Assembly: GCA_964370805.1 (NCBI GenBank)
Contig: CAYJKM010000006.1
Span: 1-42,250 of the forward strand
Reading direction: 5' to 3'
Source of the DNA: an uncultured Alphaproteobacteria bacterium
GTDB lineage: Bacteria > Electryoneota > RPQS01
DNA length: 42,250 nucleotides
Shown here piece by piece: positions 26,745 to 34,490 of the stretch (its first letter is position 1; each line of letters starts with the position of its first letter). The notes below the pieces were generated by a model. It saw only the letters and a program-made list of their open reading frames with translations, was not told the DNA's origin and ran no database searches. Both the position numbers and the translations under genes were made by a program.

Positions 26745-28400
26745 ATGAGATTCCGAAATCCCGGGCAAGAAGGGCAACGCAACGGGCATAAAACTCGACA
26801 GGATCGGGGCCTGATCCTGATGTCAACCGTGGTGATGGTGAGCGGGCTGCTCTTCCTGGCCGCCACGGCGGCCATTCGAGCCAATCACGAGACTCAGCTT
26901 ACTTCGGTCGAATTGGACAACTCGCGCGCATTCTATGCGGCCGAGGCAGCGATTGAATGGGGTTCGGCCGAATTGTCCACGCTGCTCGCTAACAACGTGG
27001 ACCCGACGCAGGCTCAACTGGATGCCTTGACAAAACCCTCGCTAAGCGGATTCACGTTCGAGGACTATCGTATTCTGAAGGTGGGAGCGATGACTGAGGA
27101 GCAGATTTCGCAGGGCGATTACGCCGGCCTCCGCGGGTACGTGCAGCGATACAGCGTCGAGGCTCAGGCAAACAGCAATCGTCGCAACGCGGTTGTGTCG
27201 CGCGAGATTCAGCACCAGTTCATCCCGCTGTTTCAGTTCGGCGTCTTTTACGAAGGTGATCTGGAGATATTCCCCGGTCCCCTGATGACGTTTGCCGGAC
27301 CGATTCATACGAACTCCAATCTGTACATGGGGGCCGAGTCTGAGATTCGGTGCGAATCGTCCGTGACGGCGGTGGGAAAATACTGGCATTACCGGAAGGA
27401 CAACGCGCATCCCGATCCGCCGGGGGCTGTGAAGATCATGGATCAGTTCAATGTCTGGCAAAACGTCTGGCGCGGCAGCTACTGGCTGGATAACCGCCGG
27501 GCGACGTGGGCGTCGGAGGCCACAGCAGTGTGGGGCGGCAATTTCCGCGACGAATCGCATGGATTGTCAACGCTGCGCTTGCCCATCCCGCCGGCGGCGG
27601 ACCAGCATATTACGATTGAACGGGGACTTGTCTCCGATGGCGAATCGGAACGAGCGGCCAAGTACTGGTACAAAGCGACGGTACGTTACATCAATGGCGT
27701 GCTGACGGACAGCATGGGCACGCCGTTGAATCAGCCCGGCGTTTACACGTACACGGCGAACAAGTTTTGGGACGACCGGGAAGACAAGTACGTTGACTGT
27801 GTCGATATCAACATCCAGACGATGGTGAACAACAATTACCGGCCGCCCAACGGCATTCTTTACATCAGCGAGTCGCGGGGCGATTTCGGAGCCGTGCGCG
27901 TCATCAACGGCAGCACGCTGCCGGTCGGCGGATTGACGATTGTTACGGATCGCCCGATGTATGTCAAGGGGCACTACAACACCGTCGCCAAAAAGGGTGC
28001 GGCGCTGTACAGCGATGCCTTAACGCTGCTGTCGCCCTCTTGGAATGACGCGAATTCAGCCCAGCCGTTGAGCAATCGCGTGCCCTCCAGCCAGACCGTG
28101 AATGCCTGCATCCTGACGGGACATGTGGCGACGATTAACGGCGGCACGTACAGCGGCGGATTGGAGAACAATTTCCGGTTTCTCGAACGGTGGTCCACCC
28201 AGACCGTCACCTATCGCGGCAGCATTATCGATTTATGGTTTAGCGTGTACGCGACGCGGCCGTGGATCTACGGAGTCTACTACACGGCTCCGCAGCGGAA
28301 CTGGGCCTACGACACGGACTTGTTGAACCCGGCCAACTGGCCGCCGGGAACTCCGCGCGTACAGACCGTGCAGCGCGGTTCATGGCGGCAGATCAGCTAA
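26745..28400 (+). CDS. pilX: Large PilX-like minor pilin
   Basis: RG|LILMS (no Glu5), AFYAAEAAIE, GPIHTNSNL, long C-terminal domain ending SWRQIS. Confidence 0.72.
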   Translation: MRFRNPGQEGQRNGHKTRQDRGLILMSTVVMVSGLLFLAATAAIRANHETQLTSVELDNSRAFYAAEAAIEWGSAELSTLLANNVDPTQAQLDALTKPSLSGFTFEDYRILKVGAMTEEQISQGDYAGLRGYVQRYSVEAQANSNRRNAVVSREIQHQFIPLFQFGVFYEGDLEIFPGPLMTFAGPIHTNSNLYMGAESEIRCESSVTAVGKYWHYRKDNAHPDPPGAVKIMDQFNVWQNVWRGSYWLDNRRATWASEATAVWGGNFRDESHGLSTLRLPIPPAADQHITIERGLVSDGESERAAKYWYKATVRYINGVLTDSMGTPLNQPGVYTYTANKFWDDREDKYVDCVDINIQTMVNNNYRPPNGILYISESRGDFGAVRVINGSTLPVGGLTIVTDRPMYVKGHYNTVAKKGAALYSDALTLLSPSWNDANSAQPLSNRVPSSQTVNACILTGHVATINGGTYSGGLENNFRFLERWSTQTVTYRGSIIDLWFSVYATRPWIYGVYYTAPQRNWAYDTDLLNPANWPPGTPRVQTVQRGSWRQIS

Positions 28401-28411
28401 AGGACACGCAT

Positions 28412-29593
28412 ATGCTCAAATTGTTCGGCGAGAAGAAAGTAAGCGAGATTGACGCCCGCGCGGCGATTCAGCAAAGAAAGTGGTCGCGAGCCATCGCCTT
28501 CTATGAGAAGAAGCTGAATGGCGAACGCGACTATCCGCTGTGGAATCTGCTGGGCGATTTGCACATGAACAATAACTCCCGGCAGAATGCGGTGGAGGCC
28601 TGGCGGCGCGCCCTGGAGGGGTACGCCGCCGAGGGTCTGCACGAAAACGTGCTGGGCATTGCGCGGAAGATCCTGCGTCGCGCACCCGAAGAGGAAGACG
28701 TCCATCTACTGCTTTCGGAATCGTACCTCGAATTAGAATACCACGCGGACTGCCTGGCGACACTGCGCAATTACGTACGCATCGCCCGCCGTCCGTCCGA
28801 GCCGGCGATGAAAGCGTTGGTCAAGAAGGTGCTCGATTCACGATTGCGTCACCCGCATCTGCTGGAAGAGTTTCGCGCTTGCTATCAGGAATCCGGCATT
28901 GAGGACGTGGAACTGGCGAAGCTGGTTGAGCGTTTCGTGACGTTTCGAATGGAGAGCGCCGCTGCCGAACCCGAACCTGCGGTGGAGCCGGCCGCGGAAG
29001 AAATCGGCGAATCGACGCTGGAACGGGAGCCAATGGTACCGCAGAAAACCGATGACGGATTGCTGCTGCTGGACGTAAACCCCGGCGACATGGACACGGC
29101 GACGCATCACGCTCCGGTGGTTTCGTCCCCGGACCCGTCGACGGAATTCAATTCAGACTACATGACGGACTATGATCCCGTGATTGGGGAGGATGGTCAG
29201 TCGTCCGCTTCAGCGGATGGCAAGGATCACTATGACTTGGGAAACGTCTATCGAGAGATGAAGCTCTGGGATGCGGCCGCCGCGGAGTTTGAGCAGGCGC
29301 GCCGCGATCCGGCTCTGCGTCTTCGCGCCTCGTTGGCCCTGGCCGAGTGCTTGCAGGAAATGAGCAATCTGCAGGGCGCGCTGGACCTGCTCGAGGCGGA
29401 AAGCCAGGCCCAAGCGGCCTCGCCGCAGGAGCGTTTGAGTTTGCGCTTCCAACTTGGCGTTGTCCACGAACTGCTGGGAAACCTGAACGATGCGCTCGAA
29501 TGCTTCCAGACGGTTTATCAGCAGAATAATCAGCATGCGGAAGCTGAAGAACGCATTCAGGCCTTGCGCCGCCGGTTGGGAACGGCGGCATGA
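28412..29593 (+). CDS. Cytoplasmic TPR protein (N-terminal TPRs, acidic linker, C-terminal TPRs)
   Basis: WNLLGDL, HYDLGNVYREMKLWDAAAAEF, FQLGVVHELLGNLNDALECF; AAGGA RBS. Confidence 0.8.
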   Translation: MLKLFGEKKVSEIDARAAIQQRKWSRAIAFYEKKLNGERDYPLWNLLGDLHMNNNSRQNAVEAWRRALEGYAAEGLHENVLGIARKILRRAPEEEDVHLLLSESYLELEYHADCLATLRNYVRIARRPSEPAMKALVKKVLDSRLRHPHLLEEFRACYQESGIEDVELAKLVERFVTFRMESAAAEPEPAVEPAAEEIGESTLEREPMVPQKTDDGLLLLDVNPGDMDTATHHAPVVSSPDPSTEFNSDYMTDYDPVIGEDGQSSASADGKDHYDLGNVYREMKLWDAAAAEFEQARRDPALRLRASLALAECLQEMSNLQGALDLLEAESQAQAASPQERLSLRFQLGVVHELLGNLNDALECFQTVYQQNNQHAEAEERIQALRRRLGTAA

Positions 29594-29661
29594 CGGGATC
29601 CAAGACGAAAACAAGTGAAGCTAAGCACTAATTTGTAAATTCAGTTATTGCGGGAGAAGCG

Positions 29662-30777
29662 ATGGAACTTCGTGGACTGCTCGACCTATTGTTTATCAAG
29701 AAAGCGTCAGATCTGCATTTGCGCACAGGCGCGTTGCCGGTACTGCGAATCAACGGCGAATTATTCGCCACGCGTCCGGAGAAAATTTCTACCGAGGAAA
29801 TGGATGCGTTCTTGAAAGAGATTCTGACGCCTGCCCAGCGGGATACGCTGGTGCGCGACAAAGAGCTTGATTTGGCGATCACCGTGCCGGGTTACGGGCG
29901 CACGCGCGTCAATGCATTTTACCAGCGCGGTACGGCCGCATTGGCCGTGCGCGCCATCAAGACGCAGATTCCCACGTTCGCCGAGCTCATGCTGCCGCCC
30001 GTCATGGAGCAGTTTTCGAACATGCGGCGCGGTCTGATCCTGTTCACGGGAGCGACCGGATCGGGGAAATCCACGACGATGGCGTCGCTGATCGAACATA
30101 TCAATAATCGCCGAAGCTGCAACATCTTGACCATTGAAGACCCGATTGAGTACATTTTTTCGAATAAGAAATCATTGATTGCGCAGCGCGAGGTGATGAT
30201 TGACACTCACACCTACTACGCCGCGTTGATTCACGCCTTGCGCGAGGATCCGGACATCATCATGGTCGGCGAGATCCGCGACGCGGACTCCATGATGATG
30301 GCGCTGCATGCGGCGGAAACCGGGCACCTCGTATTGACGTCGCTGCACACGTTGAACGCCGTCGAAGCGATCAACCGCATTATTTCGTTCTTCGCGCTCA
30401 ACGAGCAGGGACAGATCCGCTCGATCCTGGCGGGAACGGTACAGGCGATCGTATCACAGCGACTGGTCTCCCGCTCGGATAAGCCGGGGCGCGTGCCGCT
30501 CGTGGAATGTCTGGTCAACACGGCGGCCGTGCGCGAGTGTTTGTCGGATCCGGACAAGATGTACCTGTTGCAGAGCCTGATCGAGGACGGCAGCGCTCAC
30601 GGCATGCAGTCATTCGATCAATCGATTCTCACTCTTTACCGCAGCAATACGATCTCGTACGAAACGGCGATTGAGAGCGCGACGAATCCGAATGACCTCG
30701 AGATGGCAATTCGCGGGATCAGTTCGTCCGCCTCGAAACTAAACGCCTCGGCGGAGGCCGTGGGGCTTAGGGCATAG
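29662..30777 (+). CDS. pilU: Second retraction ATPase (PilT/PilU family)
   Basis: ASDLHL, GATGSGKST, EDPIE, REDPDIIMVGEIRD, ETGHL, GMQSFDQS; AIRNLIRE replaced by AVRECLSD. Confidence 0.8.
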   Translation: MELRGLLDLLFIKKASDLHLRTGALPVLRINGELFATRPEKISTEEMDAFLKEILTPAQRDTLVRDKELDLAITVPGYGRTRVNAFYQRGTAALAVRAIKTQIPTFAELMLPPVMEQFSNMRRGLILFTGATGSGKSTTMASLIEHINNRRSCNILTIEDPIEYIFSNKKSLIAQREVMIDTHTYYAALIHALREDPDIIMVGEIRDADSMMMALHAAETGHLVLTSLHTLNAVEAINRIISFFALNEQGQIRSILAGTVQAIVSQRLVSRSDKPGRVPLVECLVNTAAVRECLSDPDKMYLLQSLIEDGSAHGMQSFDQSILTLYRSNTISYETAIESATNPNDLEMAIRGISSSASKLNASAEAVGLRA

Positions 30778-30826
30778 TCACAGCAGCGCAACTGGATAAT
30801 GGGATTTCAGGATTGGGGAGGAGGGT

Positions 30827-31540
30827 ATGGGCGAAAACCGGACGATTGTTGGCAAATTAGATGATCGCGGCATGCTTCCATTGCTGGACATGGCCTTGGC
30901 CGAAGAGTGGGGCGGCAGCATGCAGGTCAAACGCGGTCTGTTGACGGGCACGATTTGGACCGTCAGCGGACAAGTCGTGCATGCCGAATTGAAGGGCGTC
31001 GGCACGCTGGACGAGCTGGAAGCGTTCGAGGCGGTCTCGAGCTGGCGAGACGGCGAATACATTCTCGAATCCGGCGCATTGCCACCGGCCCGCAGCATCC
31101 GCATCGCCACAGAAAGATTGCTGGCAACCCTGCGCGACTCGCTCGCCAGCCAGCAGGTACAGTTCGGCGAGGGGCAGCGGTCCGCGGTCGTGGGGCGCAC
31201 GCTGCTGCAGGTCTTCGACGGGCTGCGCGAGCGCGTTCCCGGACTGGAATCCCTGAGTCTGGTGCGTGGGACGATTTGTGAAGCGACCACCTCACAGGAC
31301 ACGGACGAAATGGATTGGATGGATCGACAGTTGAAGTCCTTTTTTGCCAAGGATCATGAAGAACCGGACACGTTGTTTGTACAGGAAGGCGCGCACACGT
31401 TGCTGATTTTGAAACAAGGGAGTCTGGCCACTGTGCTTTCCGCGCGGACCGGGACGTCGCCGGAGGCGTTGTTCTGGGCCGGATCGGAGGCCCAGCGCCG
31501 CGTACTTGAATCCGCACAAGCGATACTGTCACCGAGGTAA
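30827..31540 (+). CDS. DUF4388-domain protein with possible degenerate roadblock/LC7-like C-terminus
   Basis: GKLDD...LL...G...V...G.I...GQVVHAE...EAFEAVSSWRDGEY pattern; GGAGG RBS. Confidence 0.65.
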   Translation: MGENRTIVGKLDDRGMLPLLDMALAEEWGGSMQVKRGLLTGTIWTVSGQVVHAELKGVGTLDELEAFEAVSSWRDGEYILESGALPPARSIRIATERLLATLRDSLASQQVQFGEGQRSAVVGRTLLQVFDGLRERVPGLESLSLVRGTICEATTSQDTDEMDWMDRQLKSFFAKDHEEPDTLFVQEGAHTLLILKQGSLATVLSARTGTSPEALFWAGSEAQRRVLESAQAILSPR

Positions 31541-31543
31541 TGC

Positions 31544-32959
31544 ATGGCAGCTAACGCAAGATCACAAACGCTTTTGGACAGCTTGCTCGAGAAGCAGGTC
31601 ATTTCGCAGGAGCAGCACCAAACGGTGCAGAGTCTTCAGGCGGAGACCGGGCATTCAGCCGAACAAATTCTGATTGAATCCGGCACGCTGACCGAAGAAG
31701 ACTTGGCTGCGTTCATCAGCGACGCACTGCAGGTTCGCAGCCTGAAGTTGGAAGACATCGAAATTGATCGCGAGGCCGTTAAGCATGTCCCCGCAGCCGT
31801 GGCGCATCGTTTCCAACTCATACCCGTGCGGCGCAGCGGCAACGCGCTCGCCGTGGTATTTGCGAATCCGACCGATCCGGAAGCTATGCGGGCCCTGCAA
31901 GCGGTAACCGACTTCGAGATCATTCCATTTGTCGGACGGGCCGACGCGATCGAACACGCTGTGTTTCTGCATTACGGGGAAGCGCCGGCCGAAGTTGCGG
32001 CTCCGGACTCAGCAGTCTCGGCGTCGCGGGCTCAGCCGTTGATCGAGGATGATCGCATCAGCCATATGGGCAAAAGTATTCAGGTCAACCGGCAATGGTC
32101 GTTTGAGCAGATGGTATCGGATGCCGCCAACCAGTTCCCCGTCAGCGTAGCAAAGGCTGTGGCTGAACTGCTGCCGGAGACGGAATACAATCCGTTTCTG
32201 TGCTGGGGACAGGCGGGGTGCGGCAAGTCCCACTTGCTCCACGCCATCGCCAATCATTTGATCGCCCATGCGCCCCTGAAGCGCTTCATATTGACCAGCG
32301 GCCAGAAGTTCTGCGACAATCTGTTTGAAGCCATCCGCGACAAGAAGCTGAACCTGTTCCGCTATCTTTATCGCGAACTCGACGTGCTGATGATCGATGA
32401 CGCCGACGCGCTGTTGAGCAGGGATTGGGCGCAACAAGAATTAGTTGAGACCTTTCAATCGCTGCGCAAGCATGGCAAGCAATTCGTATTAGCGAGTCGC
32501 CAGAATCTGGCCGTTAACCCGCGCACGGTCGCTAAGCTCCGGGACGTGCTGGAGACGGGCGTGATCGCCGGCTTCGGCGAGTATTCGGTGGAAGCGAAAC
32601 TGGCAATGATCAGCCGCCAGAAGGGCGGGATCGAGCTGCCCTCGGAAATGCTCATTTACCTGGTGCGCCGCTGCGGCGACAGCGTGACCGATTTGCTGGG
32701 CGTGCTGCAGCAAGTCACGATGCTCGCCTTGCACGGCGAGCGCATCATCACGCAGGAAGCCGTGGATGACTTGATCCGGCTGTGTGGACACGATTTGGAA
32801 GGCGCCAGCCAGGATTTTCAGGCGGCCCTGACTGAAGCTCAGGTTGAAATGCCGGCTGATTCGCGACCGCCCGAGTCGGCCGAGACGACTGAAGACAAAC
32901 CATCTCAAAAGAGCAGGAACAGACAGCATGGTGAACAAGCCGCAAATCCTCATCGTTGA
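31544..32959 (+). CDS. PilB/GspE N-terminal (MshEN-like) domain fused to a DnaA-like AAA+ domain
   Basis: N-half parallels the PilB N-terminus (ISQEQ...VPAAVAHRFQLIPV...ANP). C-half: SFEQMV...NQF...AVAE...YNPF..WGQAGCGKSHLLHAIAN...YRELDVLMIDD...QQEL. Confidence 0.85.
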   Translation: MAANARSQTLLDSLLEKQVISQEQHQTVQSLQAETGHSAEQILIESGTLTEEDLAAFISDALQVRSLKLEDIEIDREAVKHVPAAVAHRFQLIPVRRSGNALAVVFANPTDPEAMRALQAVTDFEIIPFVGRADAIEHAVFLHYGEAPAEVAAPDSAVSASRAQPLIEDDRISHMGKSIQVNRQWSFEQMVSDAANQFPVSVAKAVAELLPETEYNPFLCWGQAGCGKSHLLHAIANHLIAHAPLKRFILTSGQKFCDNLFEAIRDKKLNLFRYLYRELDVLMIDDADALLSRDWAQQELVETFQSLRKHGKQFVLASRQNLAVNPRTVAKLRDVLETGVIAGFGEYSVEAKLAMISRQKGGIELPSEMLIYLVRRCGDSVTDLLGVLQQVTMLALHGERIITQEAVDDLIRLCGHDLEGASQDFQAALTEAQVEMPADSRPPESAETTEDKPSQKSRNRQHGEQAANPHR

Positions 32960-33308
32960 TGACGATCCGCGATATCTTGAATTGCTGCAATTCGCGTTAG
33001 AGAGCGAAGGGTTTCGCGTGCTGGCCGCCCGCAATCCGCGTCAAGTGCAGGCCCTGGCGGTCTCGTACCGTCCGGACATGATCATCTCGGACGTGGTGAT
33101 GCCGGAAATGGACGGCTTTGACGTTGCTGCCAACTTGCGCGCGGATGCGCGAACAGCGGATATCCCCGTGATCTTTCTAACCGCCCGCAGCCAGGAGAGC
33201 GACCGACTGGAGGGGCTGCGAGCGGGTGCGGTTCAATATATGACCAAGCCATTTTCGCCGGCCGCATTGGTTGACGCCGTGCGTTCGGTCATGAAGGAGG
33301 CATCGTGA
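32928..33308 (+). CDS. Single-domain response regulator (CheY/PilH-like)
   Basis: ILIVDDD, ISDVVMPEMDG, IPVIFLTA, YMTKPF. Confidence 0.9.
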   Translation: MVNKPQILIVDDDPRYLELLQFALESEGFRVLAARNPRQVQALAVSYRPDMIISDVVMPEMDGFDVAANLRADARTADIPVIFLTARSQESDRLEGLRAGAVQYMTKPFSPAALVDAVRSVMKEAS

Positions 33309-34480
33309 CCGTTTCGACAGCACCTGCGGCTGCCGCCGACCGTACGACTCGATCCGGTGATGGTTGGGGCGAGCTCGTTCACTCGTCGCGCGATATCATC
33401 TATCTCTTGCGGCCGGACGGCACCTACTTGGACGTCAACCAGCAGCTGACTCGAGTATTGCGGCGTCCCCGGGAGCATATCGTTGGCGCGCACTTTACGA
33501 CTCACCTGGAAAAGGAGCATGCGGCCGTCGCCGAGCGCGTACTGAAAGACCTCGTGCAGCGGCGCGCTCCGGAACGAACCACTCGGATGTTTCACCTTCC
33601 GGGCAATGAGCCGCAGCTTTTCGAGATCATCGAGACCCCGTTGATCCGGAACGGCGAAGTCTGGGCCATCGCCGGAGTCGGACGCGATATTTCGCAGGAA
33701 GCGGAATTGGAGCGCAAGCTCTGGGACACGGTGGAGACTCAGCGTTACTCACTGGACTTTGCCCTGCGCACGTCGCTGGGGCTGATCAAGGGCTACATTT
33801 ACACGCTCGGACAGAGTGAGACCCTGTCGGACGATCGGCGCATCCGCTACACGCGAATTATCGAGGACGAAATCGATCATCTGGCGAAGATTGTTGAGGA
33901 CATTCTGGATTTTCGCCGCATGGAAGTCGGGAATTACGAGTTCAACGAAGAGGTCGTACAGCTCTCCGATTGCGTGAACATGGTCATGCGGCAATTTGAA
34001 GACGAGGCTCATCGCCGCGAGATTGAAATCAGCGCGCAAATGCCGCAGAAGATGGACCCGCTGTACTTGTTTCCGGAAGCGGTCACGCGCGTGCTGGTGA
34101 ATCTCGTTCAGAATGCCATCCAACACACCCTGCACAGCGGGCGGATCGAACTGATCGTGGAAGACAACGACCTCTACGTCGATGTGATTGTCCGTGACAA
34201 CGGGATTGGCATCGCTGAGGACGAGCTGCCGTATATTTTCGAGAAATTCTACAAAGGCAAGAGCTCGGAAAGCGAAGCGGGTCAGGGAATTGGAATGGGA
34301 CTTGCTATTACGAAGACGCTGGTGGCGGCAATGGGGGGGAAGATCTGGGCGCAGAGCAAACCCGGCAAGGGGAGCGAATTTCGCGTGATGCTGCCGCGCC
34401 GCCTCTACCACAGTGATGCTACGCACGACGAAGGCTCTGATCTCGCCGCACTGTCGGCGGTCGGCGCAGAGACTTATTGA
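33305..34480 (+). CDS. Cytoplasmic PAS histidine-kinase-like protein lacking the phospho-His
   Basis: PAS (DGTYLDVN...GRDIS); DHp reads DFALRTSLGLIKGY; intact NLVQNA, DNGIG, IFEKF, GIGMGL. Confidence 0.85.
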   Translation: MTVSTAPAAAADRTTRSGDGWGELVHSSRDIIYLLRPDGTYLDVNQQLTRVLRRPREHIVGAHFTTHLEKEHAAVAERVLKDLVQRRAPERTTRMFHLPGNEPQLFEIIETPLIRNGEVWAIAGVGRDISQEAELERKLWDTVETQRYSLDFALRTSLGLIKGYIYTLGQSETLSDDRRIRYTRIIEDEIDHLAKIVEDILDFRRMEVGNYEFNEEVVQLSDCVNMVMRQFEDEAHRREIEISAQMPQKMDPLYLFPEAVTRVLVNLVQNAIQHTLHSGRIELIVEDNDLYVDVIVRDNGIGIAEDELPYIFEKFYKGKSSESEAGQGIGMGLAITKTLVAAMGGKIWAQSKPGKGSEFRVMLPRRLYHSDATHDEGSDLAALSAVGAETY

Positions 34481-34490
34481 GGGCACAGGC

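Noticed and set aside
31544-32959. Calling this gene the replication initiator dnaA or hda
   Set aside because: It lacks domains I and IV, the Arg finger and any clamp-binding motif I can see, and there is no dnaN or DnaA-box cluster nearby.
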